A stretch of 64,000 nucleotides of DNA, taken from assembly GCA_965205865.1 (NCBI GenBank), contig CBDBHR010000025.1:207860-271859 (forward strand), written 5' to 3'. Positions 1 through 10,736 of the stretch are shown here, piece after piece. The position numbers and the translations under genes were made by a program. Position 1 is the stretch's first letter, and every line of letters begins with the position of its first letter. The notes under the pieces are model-generated. The model was not told where the DNA came from. It saw only the letters and a program-made list of their open reading frames with translations, and searched no databases. This stretch comes from a bacterium. Its GTDB lineage: Bacteria > SAR324 > NAC60-12.

Positions 1-108
1 CCATAATTCTTAATATTGAAGTTATTCACAGTTATTTCAATGAATTATGGCACTTTTTAACCTCAAGTTAAAGATATAATTCTAAAAAATACCTTTTCGG
101 CTAGGATC
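1..108 (-). mobile_element. Terminal part of an IS5/ISNCY-like element (third copy of the element at 45656 and 56112), running off the left edge
   Basis: 1-108 is near-identical to 57836-57944. It includes the transposase ATG (CAT at 2-4) and the terminal IR ...CCTTTTCGGCTAGGATC, followed by the hexamer CAGCTA (109-114). Confidence 0.95.
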
Positions 109-3100
109 CAGCTAGATGATTGTTTTACGAGAAGATCCACGGCAGAAAACCTGGTACTCGGAGCAAATATCTCAGTGTGCCCAAACTAGCGGATGCGGTG
201 CGAGCCGCCTTTGGGCGGCCAGCACTAGACCAGCTATTACGCGAGGTTATTCCGAATCTGGAATACGAACCATCACCAATCCAAAAGCAGTTACTCAATC
301 TACCTTGGTCGGATGTATTCACGACAAATTACGACACATTACTGGAGCGGGCATGCAATGCAGTCATCTCTCAAAGATATGATGTGGTTGTCAATAAAGA
401 GGATCTGACATACTCGCAAAAACCACGAATCATTAAACTGCATGGTAGTTTTCCATCTGATCGACCGTTTGTCATTACCGAGGAAGACTACAGGCGTTAT
501 CCTGAAAATTTTGCCCCATTCGTAAATACTGTCCGTCAATCACTCTTGGAAAATACGCTTTGTCTGGTCGGATTTTCCGGGGACGACCCCAACTTCGTGC
601 AGTGGATCGGATGGATAAGAGATAACTTGGGTGAAAAGAATGCTCCCAAAATATATCTCATTGGCCTGTTTAACCTGTCAATCGCGGAGAAAAAACTTCT
701 TGAACAGCGTAACATCTTTCTGGTTGAAATGTCTGAATACCCTGACATAAAGAGTGAAAATCATTATAAGGCAATGAAACGATTTCTTGAGTACCTACAC
801 TTAAGAAAAGAGGATGATAATAATCTTGGATGGCCAAAAGAAAATGAACTTTCGCATCCAGATCAGGATACAGAAAAAATAGAACAGCTTTCGCGACTTC
901 TCCCAGTCTGGAAAAAACAGCGTCTTTCATACCCAGGATGGGTAATTGTTCCCGAAGATCGACGTAGCGTTCTTTGGAGAGATACCTTTTCTTGGCTCCA
1001 TTATCTCTCTGCGACAGACAACCTCCCTGAATTAATCGACCTCGAATTCGCCTTCGAGCTGAGTTGGCGCATGGAAAAATGTCTCTGTCCGGTCTTCAGT
1101 AACCAAGTAGCATTTTTTGAAGCGATACTGGAAAAGTACCTGCCCTATGACGATGTGGAAACAAAGACTGATTCATTTCACATGCGATCAGCCGAAGTGA
1201 ATTCTCAAGAGTCTGATCGAATCGATGTCAGGGAAATGTTGCCACACCTGCTACTGTGGATGTTACGATTTTACCGCGAAGAAGGGTTGTTGGAAAAATG
1301 GGCAAGACTGTGTGAAAAGATACAACAAAATGTCGAGAATTTATCCGCCGGACACAAAGCGTATTTCTACTATGAACGGGGCCTTTATGCGTTGTTTGGT
1401 TTGAACTTGCGGGAACTCAAAGAAATTCTGGCAGAATGGCAGGTCAATGAATCGTTACCATTCTGGGAGGCCAAAAGAGCGGGATTGCTTGCTGAAATCG
1501 GGCAAGTGGATGACGCGAAAAAAATTCTTGAACGATCACTGAAAGATATCCGCTCCAAACTGAATCTGAAATCGATTACATCGGATTATTCCTTGGTTTC
1601 ACAGGAATCTTTTATAATGCTCTTACTGCAATACGTGCAAACATCCGTAGCTTACAACAATGTTGACCGGTCAGAAATTCAAGCGCTTCGCAATGAATTT
1701 TCAGAACGCTGGAATGCGCTCAACCAGTATAAATGCGATCCATGGAATGAATTGAAACTTTTTAGAAGCACTCTCAAACAACCTCCGGTAAAGCAATCAG
1801 AGGTCACAGAAAGGAATGAATTCGACATCGGACGGGTCACACGAACGTACCAATTTGGCAGTGGGAATAAGGAAACATTGATCGCGTATAGTTTTCTACG
1901 TTTTTGTGAAGATGCGGGCATACCTTTCAAAATACCTGGAAGCATTATTGGGAAAGAAGCCGCAGAAGGGACGTTATCCTGGATCATGGAGTCTTCCCCG
2001 TACTGGGCATTGGCAACCATGGTTAGGATTGGCGATGAAAACGTCGTAGATCATATTTTCAACAGGGCGTCCTTATCTAAAAAGGAGACAGCTTTTGTTG
2101 ACAGTCTTATCGAAAAATATCTCTGCTGCCTTGAGCAAAGCGTGGCAGGTATCCGTACAGGGAGTGGTTTTCTAATGGACAATTTTGAGAAAGTACTGGC
2201 GGGAGTCGTCCCCGAGATTTTATCCAGACTGTGTTGCAAATGCTCACCTCAATCAAGAGACCGGCTTTTCGACTTTCTCTTTGGCGTTTACCAGTCGGAC
2301 CATAGAGGTAAGTATGGAGAAATCCGCAAGCTGACTGAAAGGCTTTTGAGTGCTTTCCCGGCTCAGCATCGTTATGATTTGATTCCGAGATTGTTGGAGT
2401 TTCCTGTCGTTGAAAGTTCCGACCCCATCGAAGCAAGGAACTTCATTAATCCGTTTCACTTTCTCAGTCTCGAAATAGAATGGACCGAAACCTGGGACAA
2501 GCCGATAATCCCGGACGAAAAAGTAAATATTTTCCTTGAGAGAGCATCATCTGAACACTCCTACGTGCGGAAATGGGCAACGCACGAACTTGGCGAGTTG
2601 CATATCCTGGGACTGTTAACAGATAGTCAGATGGATAAATTTGCTGAGTCGCTCTGGAGTAACCTGGGTGATTTTGATCTCCCAACTGAAACCGATTACT
2701 ATAAATTTGCCTTTCTGGAAATGCCTCATCCTCCGAGCATAGAGCCAATACTATTATTCAAAAACTATGTTGAAAGTGAGCAATTTCCCGTTCAGAAAAA
2801 TCGCGAAGATCAAAGAATCACTTTTACTGGAGGAGATATCCCGCTCTGCAACGATATCGATAGAGCCAGCAAGCGTATCGAATGGTCCGAAGACGATGTC
2901 AATTCCATACTGGATCGCCTTGTTGAATGGTGGGACGCTGACAAGGAGTATTTGAAAGCAGACGACCGCGCCGCCCCATTTGGTTCTCTCGCAGATGAAT
3001 TCAAAGCGAGGTTTGCGCGTTTGGTGGACGTCTTGGCAGCCGTGATTACTCCCAATTTCAATCCGAGTGAAGAAGATTACAGAAAAAAGACGTTAGGGCG

Positions 3101-3671
3101 CCTAGTCATTGAACTTCTTGACTATGGGATTCCTGCGCTTCGTCTGCAGAGTGCCTGTCTTCACCTATATCCCGAATGGAAAGATGACGTTTTCCAGAGA
3201 ATCGAAAACGGAATGACTTCCTCCGATCATGCAACAGTTATCGACTGTCTTGAAGCATTTTTGGTCATTGCGGAGAGAAGCGAGTCGGACGCAGATAAAA
3301 ACGACTTTTCAAGAATCTTGCACGTGTTGGCTCAGATGGTTCGCTGGCAAAAGAATACGGGTCTGGCGAGCGCACTCTTCACTATCGCTCAACTGACAAA
3401 AAAATTTCCTTGGGTCTTTACGGAGGAATTTGAACGGTTGACGCTTATGGGGTTGCGTAACATTGCCAGGGATACCGCCACAAATGTGGATGGCGTTGAC
3501 TTTGCTGATAAGTTGGAGATCCGGCGTGCGGCGGCAAGCCTGGCATATAACTTATTCGAGCACTACACCAGGCAGGGCAAACCTGCTCCTGATGCGATAA
3601 CAGAATGGAAGAAAATTTGCCTGTCAGACAATGAATTCGCCGAAGTCAGAAACCAGTGGATACGACACTAG
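109..3671 (+). pseudogene. Large SIR2-domain defence protein (DSR-like), 5' end cut off by IS insertion
   Basis: SIR2_2 motifs VFTTNYDTLLE, IIKLHGS and LVGFSGDDPNF, then a long helical C-terminal region. The N-terminal GAGxS motif is missing and the ORF begins directly after the IS end. Confidence 0.8.
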
Positions 3672-3860
3672 CTCTGATCTCAAGAAAGCAACCGTAAGGT
3701 AAGAATGGAGTCAGCGAGGAGCATCTCTACCTCCTTTTAAAGCAGTTAGATATTAAATCATTCCGTGACGGGAATTGTTCAATATAAGAAAGGCAGAAAT
3801 TCTTAAAGCTATATCCTTTGTTCTCTCATGAGCCTGTTTTTCAAATTTTTTGTTAATCTC

Positions 3861-3970
3861 ATGCAACCTATGTTTGCAAGAGTACGAGTAAATTCGGAAG
3901 AATCCCGATCCTCTCCACCTCGCGCGATACGCTGCTGCCGAAGCTGGTATCGAGGAAAATACGGGTGAAA
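3861..3970 (+). pseudogene. Remnant of the hsdS (type I R-M specificity subunit) 3' end
   Basis: Reads MQPMFARVRVNSEESR, then after a frameshift LSTSRDTLLPKLVSRKIRVK, matching the typical HsdS C-terminus ESRTLAxLRDTLLPKLISGELRVK. Confidence 0.75.
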
Positions 3971-4032
3971 CACGAGTCGATTCTTCAACCCCTTAAACCA
4001 AGTCCAGATAGAAACGAACAAAAGGAAAGGGA

Positions 4033-5058
4033 ATGATGCTGACTGAACCACAAAAAAAGTGTCCGATTTGGCCAAACTATATCGCGACCATTGACTACTC
4101 AAACAACAGTATTCGCGTAGAGTCTGCACGAGCCGGTGGATGTTACACGATTACCAACACTGCAAAGGAGATGTTAAATGATCTGGACGACTTGTCGAAG
4201 GTACGCTTGACTACCCTGCTCATTAATCAAAGAGAGCAAGGATTGGAGATTCCGGAAGTTACACACATATTGATAGAAGATGCAAAATCCGGGACTTCTC
4301 TTCTAGCTCACGACCGCGCAGACAGGCTTCTCAAATACTTTGTGGGTTGCTCGGGGATTGTAGGTAACGAAGTAAACATTAGATACAATACTCCTGAAAT
4401 ATGGAGTGCAATCCCTGGGGCAGAATCAACGAAGTTGGATGAAGTCTTCTCTCTGAAATTATGGGGGGCAATGGCTTGGTCCGAATCAACGGAGTTTCAA
4501 GAAGTCTTCTTCCTGACCACATACTTAAAGGAGCAAGGCTGGATCAAAACAAATCATACGTTTGGTGAAATGGGGATTTGCGTGTCAATTGATGGATACA
4601 GACACATCAATGATTCGATTACAACAATCGATCCGGCTCAGGCATTTGTCGCCATGTGGTTTGATGAAGAGATGACGATTGCGTACGAGGAAGGAATAAA
4701 GAAGGCGGTGGAGTCAGCCGGCTACACGCCTATGAGAATTGATAAGAAACCGGATGTCAACAAAATCGATGATGAGATTATCGCTGAGATTCGACGCTCT
4801 CGATTCCTGATAGCGGATTTCACGCATGGAGACGACGGCGCAAGAGGTGGCGTCTACTTTGAAGCGGGATTCGCATTCGGCCTTGGGCTTCCCGTGATTT
4901 ATACTTGCCGAAAAGATATGGTAGACCAACTTCACTTCGACACGCGGCAATACCATCATATCGTTTGGGAGCAGCCTGCCGACCTGCGGCGTGATCTGAA
5001 AAACAGAATCCAAGCGTTGATCGGAGAAGGTCCAAACAAAGGCATCCCCGTCACTTAG
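4033..5058 (+). CDS. Protein with a C-terminal nucleoside 2-deoxyribosyltransferase-like (NDT/TIR-like fold) domain, putative defence effector
   Basis: Motifs QAFVAMWF, IDDEIIAEIRRSRFLIADFT, GGVYFEAGFAFGLGLPVIYTCR and LHFDTRQY; RBS-like AAGGAAAGGG upstream. Confidence 0.75.
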   Translation: MMLTEPQKKCPIWPNYIATIDYSNNSIRVESARAGGCYTITNTAKEMLNDLDDLSKVRLTTLLINQREQGLEIPEVTHILIEDAKSGTSLLAHDRADRLLKYFVGCSGIVGNEVNIRYNTPEIWSAIPGAESTKLDEVFSLKLWGAMAWSESTEFQEVFFLTTYLKEQGWIKTNHTFGEMGICVSIDGYRHINDSITTIDPAQAFVAMWFDEEMTIAYEEGIKKAVESAGYTPMRIDKKPDVNKIDDEIIAEIRRSRFLIADFTHGDDGARGGVYFEAGFAFGLGLPVIYTCRKDMVDQLHFDTRQYHHIVWEQPADLRRDLKNRIQALIGEGPNKGIPVT

Positions 5059-5137
5059 AGAGCAGAAAACAGCAAAGTGTATAACATGGGTGGCCATGGC
5101 ATGAGATGATACTGAATCCATAGAAAAGGAAAACCGT

Positions 5138-6859
5138 ATGATTGATCCAATTCATTCTTTAGCGTTTGCACTCCAATCCAATCGTGGCATTTACGCTGTC
5201 TTGCTTGGATCCGGTGTGTCTCGTTCGGCGGGTATTCTGACAGGTTGGGAGATTACGCTCGACTTGATTCAAAAAGTTGCAGTTCTGCACGGTGAGACAG
5301 TTGCCTCCGAACCAGAGAGTTGGTATCAGGAGAAATTCGGAAAGGAACCCGACTATTCCGAGCTTCTTGATAACCTCGCTATAACAGCGGCTGAGCGACA
5401 ACAATTATTGCGTTCCTATTGGGAGCCGAATGAACAAGAGCGTGAGGAGGGATTAAAACAACCCACTGCGGCACACCATGCCATTGCAGCGCTGGTTGCA
5501 CGAGGTTTTGTCAAGGTCATTATTACGACGAATTTCGACCGCCTGATTGAAAGCGCATTGAGGGAGCAAGGTGTTGTACCAAAGATTATAAGTTCGCTTG
5601 ACCATGTGCAGGGTATGCTTCCACTTATCCACACAAAATGCTGCGTATTCAAGATTCATGGGGACTATCTCGACACCCGTATTTTAAATACACCCAATGA
5701 ACTTGCAGCCTTTCCCCATGAGTTCAACCGACTTCTCGATCGCATTTTCGATGAGTTCGGTCTAATCGTATGCGGCTGGTCAGCGGAGTGGGACGGGGCG
5801 TTGCGTGAGGCAATCTTCCGGACTCCATCGCGACGATTTACGACCTATTGGACGGCAAGGGGTGAACTCGGGGATGAAGCTCGACGACTGGTTGAACATC
5901 GTGATGCCCAGGTGATTTCAATTAAGGACGCTGACACATTTTTTCATACCGTCCATGGATTTGTCGAAGCCTTGGAAAAATTTTCAAAGCCACATCCGTT
6001 AACGACAGAAGTTGCTGTCGCGAATCTTAAACGTTATCTCTCCGAACCTCGATATCAGATACAGCTAACCGATCTGGTCATTGAAACTACAAATCGAGTG
6101 GTTGAATCAACGTCTAGTGAAGCTTTTTCAGTATCAGGACGTCCAACGAAGGAATCTTTAACGGAGCGGATGCTTGCCTACGAAGCGATCTGTTCAACTC
6201 TACTGGCGATGGCAGCAGTAGGAGGTTACTGGGCGAAGCAAGATCAATATCGTATTTGGCAAGATGCCCTTATTCGTCTCAGTGAAAGGAACCACAGCAG
6301 AGGAGATCAGTCATGGCTTGTTTTACAAAAATATCCGGGAACACTCTTGCTTTACTCCTTGGGTCTCGGGGCAGTCGCGAAAGATCGAATTGAATTTCTG
6401 AGAGAGATTTTTCTTACTCCGATCCATCAACAAAATAGTGTCGATCGTCTCGCAGTTGATTTACTTTCGCCGAGTCGTTTGTACTCTGAATTGCGAGCTG
6501 ATTTCCAGGAGAATGAAATGTTCCTTAATAATCGTTTGCACAAAGAGTTAAAACAATATACTACGCGACTTATTCCGAACGACGACCGATACACGGCGAT
6601 CTTCGACAAGCTCGAGATTTTACTGGCACTCAATCGTAAGTATAGTTCTGGTTGGTTTTCAGTGGGCAGATTTGCGTACCAATTCCAGAATGCAAAGAAA
6701 GTCTTTCAGGAAATAGAGGAATCCATAACACGGTTGCAAGATAAGTCACCTTTCGTACAATGCGGAATCTTCGGAAAAAATGCCCAAGAATGCAATCAGC
6801 GCCTTGATGAACTGAAGAATTTTATTGCCGGCCTCACTCCTTTAATAAGGTCTTATTGA
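5138..6859 (+). CDS. SIR2 family (SIR2_2) protein
   Basis: YAVLLGSGVSRSAGI, IITTNFDRLIE, FKIHGDY and GLIVCGWSAEWD; RBS AAGGA upstream. Confidence 0.9.
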   Translation: MIDPIHSLAFALQSNRGIYAVLLGSGVSRSAGILTGWEITLDLIQKVAVLHGETVASEPESWYQEKFGKEPDYSELLDNLAITAAERQQLLRSYWEPNEQEREEGLKQPTAAHHAIAALVARGFVKVIITTNFDRLIESALREQGVVPKIISSLDHVQGMLPLIHTKCCVFKIHGDYLDTRILNTPNELAAFPHEFNRLLDRIFDEFGLIVCGWSAEWDGALREAIFRTPSRRFTTYWTARGELGDEARRLVEHRDAQVISIKDADTFFHTVHGFVEALEKFSKPHPLTTEVAVANLKRYLSEPRYQIQLTDLVIETTNRVVESTSSEAFSVSGRPTKESLTERMLAYEAICSTLLAMAAVGGYWAKQDQYRIWQDALIRLSERNHSRGDQSWLVLQKYPGTLLLYSLGLGAVAKDRIEFLREIFLTPIHQQNSVDRLAVDLLSPSRLYSELRADFQENEMFLNNRLHKELKQYTTRLIPNDDRYTAIFDKLEILLALNRKYSSGWFSVGRFAYQFQNAKKVFQEIEESITRLQDKSPFVQCGIFGKNAQECNQRLDELKNFIAGLTPLIRSY

Positions 6860-7255
6860 ATTTTAGTAAGTTCGATTAATTCTGAGATGGCGACAATGTC
6901 TTTTCTTGGAAAGTGGGAACAAGGGTTTTTAGCTCCATAGTAGCAATTCCCTACACGACACGACCCGGGTAGTTTTTCGAAGATAAGATTATAGAATGGA
7001 GCTACCGCCAAAAATGAACTTGGTTGAATTTACTCAAGAGAAACGGTACGAGAGGCGGAGTAGATGAATAGACCGGAATTGCGCATACTTGACCTGCCAG
7101 TTATCTTTACATATCATGAGGATTCGCTGTAAACTCTGCATTGCGACACCGAGCGCTACTGTCTATCGTATGGACCGGCTCGCTGGATTTGCGTAGAAAA
7201 CTGAAGAATCACACACTTGCAGTGATTGGCCATGGTAAAAAGCTTATAAGATCCC

Positions 7256-7320
7256 ATGACCACTCTGCCCGAAGTGACTTCGAGCACGCCTTGCTGACTT
7301 GACTGAAGGGCTTGGCCTGA
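7256..7320 (+). pseudogene. Remnant of an hsdR 5' end
   Basis: MTTLPE(frameshift)DFEHALLT*LKGLA* aligns with the hsdR start [22 protein letters not shown] at 10737; both Trp positions are TGA. Confidence 0.6.
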
Positions 7321-7370
7321 ATGCAACCGCCCATCGGGACCGGCCACGTGTAGATAAGGAGATCAATATA

Positions 7371-8492
7371 ATGGTTGAGCATATTGATATTAAAGAGAAA
7401 ACCAAAGCTCTTGCTGAAGTTGAAATCGAGGGTCTTGAAGACAAAGAGGAAGCGTCATGGGGAGACTACCCGATAGACACGCTTCATATTCGGCACGATA
7501 TTCGCACAGTCTTTGATGTGTTGCGACGAATCAAAAGTCGGACCTTTGTGATGGACCCGGAGTTTCAGAGAGATTTTATATGGGATATTGACAAGCAGAG
7601 CAAGTTCATCGAATCCGTGCTGATGCGGATTCCTCTGCCGGTTTTCTACCTGGCGGAAGACAACCAGGGACAGGTGGTGGTTGTGGATGGTTTACAGCGC
7701 TTGTCGACTTTCAAGAATTTCGTTGATGGCAAATTACGTTTGAAAATTCCAGGTCACGGCGAACTGAACGAAAAAAAATTTGGAGACCTGACGCCAAAGC
7801 TTCAGAATCGCATCGAAGATTGTAACCTGATCCTCTACATCATTGATGCGAAAGTGCCTGAGCGCGCATGCCTGGACATTTTCGATCGAGTAAATAGTGG
7901 CGTTCCCTTGACGCGGCAGCAGATGCGCAACTGCCTTTTCATGGGTCCGGCGACACGATTCCTGAAAGAAGAATCCCGTACCGAAACCTTCCTGGAGGCA
8001 ACCGGAGGTAGCCTGAAAAAAGAAAAGATGCGTGACAGGGAATTCGTGAACAGGTTTTGCGCATTCCAACTTCTCACTCCCGACAGGTACAAGGGCAGCA
8101 TGGACGATTTCCTGGCAGATGGATTGAGAGATATGAACAGAATGCAGCCAGAGGAATTGGAGAAGCTATCCAAGCAGTTTCAAACGGGGCTGGCTAACAA
8201 TTTCAAGGTGTTTGGCAGGCATGCCTTCAGGAAACATCACAGCAGAGAAGAAAACCGTAGTGTGATCAATGCTTCGCTCTGGGACGTGATGTCGACCGGG
8301 CTCTCGCGCTACTCGCCGGGTTTGGTTGAATCCCGGGACCAAGACCTGCGACATCGGTTCTACAGGTTGATGAAAGACGAAACATTCCAGAATGATATTA
8401 CATACGGTACGAACGGTTTGCGACAAGTCAAACAGCGCTTCCAGGCTGCTAATTTCATTCTTCAGGAGGTGTTCAATGATCACTCGGATTGA
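7371..8492 (+). CDS. DUF262 (GmrS/ParB-like) protein, Menshen NsnA-like
   Basis: PEFQRDFIW, VVVDGLQRLST and IFDRVNSGVPLT; RBS AAGGAG upstream of ATG 7371. Confidence 0.9.
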   Translation: MVEHIDIKEKTKALAEVEIEGLEDKEEASWGDYPIDTLHIRHDIRTVFDVLRRIKSRTFVMDPEFQRDFIWDIDKQSKFIESVLMRIPLPVFYLAEDNQGQVVVVDGLQRLSTFKNFVDGKLRLKIPGHGELNEKKFGDLTPKLQNRIEDCNLILYIIDAKVPERACLDIFDRVNSGVPLTRQQMRNCLFMGPATRFLKEESRTETFLEATGGSLKKEKMRDREFVNRFCAFQLLTPDRYKGSMDDFLADGLRDMNRMQPEELEKLSKQFQTGLANNFKVFGRHAFRKHHSREENRSVINASLWDVMSTGLSRYSPGLVESRDQDLRHRFYRLMKDETFQNDITYGTNGLRQVKQRFQAANFILQEVFNDHSD

Positions 8493-9606
8493 TCTGGAGA
8501 AATTCAAGTGCTTCGATATTCTCAAACTCCCGTTGGGTTCGCTGACGGTACTATCAGGCGCAAATGCCTCAGGAAAGTCCTCGGTCTTGCAGTCTTTCGC
8601 ATTGTTGCAGCAGACCATGCGCGAGAACGAGTGGTCGAGGACTCTCATCCTCAATGGCACGGTTGCGCAACTTGGTACAGTCCTGGACGTCGTGGACAAA
8701 GTACATGGTCGGCATGAGTGTAGTATTGGATTGATAGATGGAGACTCTAGTTACCGGTGGACTTTTACGGGAGACCGTACTGACATGTCCATGCCTGTTG
8801 AGCGTGTGGTCGTCGATGGAAAGACGTTCGACAAACCGGATCGACTGCGCTACTTGCTTCCTACCGAGAACAAAACGTCTTCGTTATCCCTGCGTCTGCG
8901 AGACCTGACATACATCACGGCAGAAAGGCTCGGTCCCCGTGAAGTTTACAACCTGTATGATCCACAGATTGCTCCGGTGGTGGGTTCGGCCGGCGAATAC
9001 GCTGTCAGTGTTCTTCATTCAGGACGCGACGAAAAAGTCTGCCCGGAACTGGTCCTTCCGGATAACCCAGTTACGCTCCTGCAGCAAACGGTAGCACGAA
9101 TGCGGGTCTTTTTTCCGGGTTGCGGATTGGACATCCAACCGGTGTTCCACGCGAATGCGGTGACAATTGGATTTCGCACTTCGGAGAATACGGACTACCA
9201 TCGTCCCATTCATGCCGGATTCGGTCTCACCCAGATTCTGCCAATAGTCGTCGCCTCGCTATCCGCCAGACGAGACGACCTTCTCCTGATCGAAAATCCG
9301 GAGGTTCACCTTCATCCGGCCGGGCAGGCGCTGATGGGAGCGTTCATGGCCGAAGTGGCACAGGCGGGGGTTCAGGTGATCCTGGAGACTCATAGCGACC
9401 ACGTGTTGAACGGTATCCGGCGAGCTGTAAAGGCTGGAAAGCTTTCCTTCGAGCACGTTGCTATCCACTTCTTCAGGCCAAGATCATCCGATTCTGCGCA
9501 GGTAGTCAGTCCTGTTTTGGACAGTACAGGCAACATAGACATGTGGCCGGAGGGTTTTTTTGACCAATTCGACAAAGATATGAACCATTTTGCCGGATGG
9601 GAGTAG
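8476..9606 (+). CDS. AAA ATPase with DUF3696, Menshen NsnB-like
   Basis: Walker A GANASGKS, signature-like AGFGLTQILP, Walker B LLIENPEVHLHP, H-loop ETHSDH and C-terminal WPEGFFDQ. RBS AGGAGG; overlaps the upstream gene. Confidence 0.9.
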   Translation: MITRIDLEKFKCFDILKLPLGSLTVLSGANASGKSSVLQSFALLQQTMRENEWSRTLILNGTVAQLGTVLDVVDKVHGRHECSIGLIDGDSSYRWTFTGDRTDMSMPVERVVVDGKTFDKPDRLRYLLPTENKTSSLSLRLRDLTYITAERLGPREVYNLYDPQIAPVVGSAGEYAVSVLHSGRDEKVCPELVLPDNPVTLLQQTVARMRVFFPGCGLDIQPVFHANAVTIGFRTSENTDYHRPIHAGFGLTQILPIVVASLSARRDDLLLIENPEVHLHPAGQALMGAFMAEVAQAGVQVILETHSDHVLNGIRRAVKAGKLSFEHVAIHFFRPRSSDSAQVVSPVLDSTGNIDMWPEGFFDQFDKDMNHFAGWE

Positions 9607-9610
9607 GAAT

Positions 9611-10558
9611 TTGGATTTTATTGTTAACGACCTGTCTTTCCACGGTCAGTTTTTTAACATCACGACATTCCTTCAGTCACTTGGACGAGTCCTGAGGATG
9701 CGAACGATAGCACGGCGCTTTGGTCGGGAATTGTATTGTCACAGAAATATCGCTTCGACTTGCGTCATGCCGAACATGTCGTTGCAGAAGGCAATTCAAA
9801 GATTGTCGCAAGACAAGCGTCGATCAATAATGGTGTGGCTGACGAAGAATGGACCGTTCTGGGAAGATGAGCGAAGTCATGGGTCGGATGATTATCTTGA
9901 ATGCAAGGGGGAAGTAGTCACGGACACCGCCGTTGGAGAAGCTGCTTACTGCTGTCTGAACCTCAGTGAACGCCATCTCGTGAGTCTGGTGCCTTCGTCA
10001 TGGGATTTCTCGCCTGTCGTGGTGAAGTGGTACAGGGACGATGCCGATGTCCGGGAAGTCTTGGTCGCTAATTACCGTAACTCCACCGAACTGGAAGACA
10101 TACTCAGATCTGCTCCTGCTGCCATCAAATCGTGGAAAGATCTGGAACAATCTTCAAGATCCCGCTGCTCACATCTGACCTTCTTGGCAGATTGCTTTGA
10201 CCCTCTCCTCGGCCACCCTTTCGTAAACAGTGCTGCACGTCTTGTATCGAGACAGTTGGAGACGTTGGACCGGTTCAAAGCTGTAAGGGGAAGGAATTCC
10301 ACAGAGGGGAACAGACTTTACCAAGATCATTTCACGGGAACAAGGGCGTGGTTCTCGGACTCGTCAGATACCGAGAAAGTCGAGTTTCGAAACAAGTTGA
10401 CATTCCAGCATCCGGCCAATACGCAAAAAACATTGTTTTGTACGTGGCACGGGAAAGTTAACTACCATACACCGATCCGTATTCACTTTTCATGGCCTGT
10501 ACAGGCTTCGGAACCACTGTACGTGACTTACATTGGACCAAAGCTCACCCTTAAGTAA
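9611..10558 (+). CDS. Putative nuclease/toxin effector, Menshen NsnC-like
   Basis: Coupled to the ATPase gene. The C-terminal WHGKV...RIHF...LYVTYIGPK pattern resembles RelE/ParE-like effector domains. Start is TTG 9611 or 9590. Confidence 0.6.
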   Translation: MDFIVNDLSFHGQFFNITTFLQSLGRVLRMRTIARRFGRELYCHRNIASTCVMPNMSLQKAIQRLSQDKRRSIMVWLTKNGPFWEDERSHGSDDYLECKGEVVTDTAVGEAAYCCLNLSERHLVSLVPSSWDFSPVVVKWYRDDADVREVLVANYRNSTELEDILRSAPAAIKSWKDLEQSSRSRCSHLTFLADCFDPLLGHPFVNSAARLVSRQLETLDRFKAVRGRNSTEGNRLYQDHFTGTRAWFSDSSDTEKVEFRNKLTFQHPANTQKTLFCTWHGKVNYHTPIRIHFSWPVQASEPLYVTYIGPKLTLK

Positions 10559-10680
10559 GCGCCTACTGTCCCAGTCCGGATCATGGGTATGATTCACGAT
10601 GTGTTCAGGTCATCATTGGAACTCGACATGAACTCCACATGCAATTGGATTGACACGCAAACCAACCGATGATTTGGAAA

Positions 10681-10724
10681 GAAACAGCTACACTGGAATC
10701 AGGGATGACTTGTTGCCTTCCGGG
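10681..10724 (+). pseudogene. Second, more decayed hsdS 3'-end remnant directly before hsdR
   Basis: ETATLE(frameshift)RDDLLPSG resembles HsdS ESRTLAxLRDTLLPKLISG. Confidence 0.45.
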
Positions 10725-10736
10725 AAAAATTGAACC

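Noticed and set aside
7300-7320. TGA codons in the hsdR remnant as recoding sites
   Set aside because: They align to Trp codons in a frameshifted fragment, which is ordinary decay; TGA is used as a normal stop elsewhere in the window.
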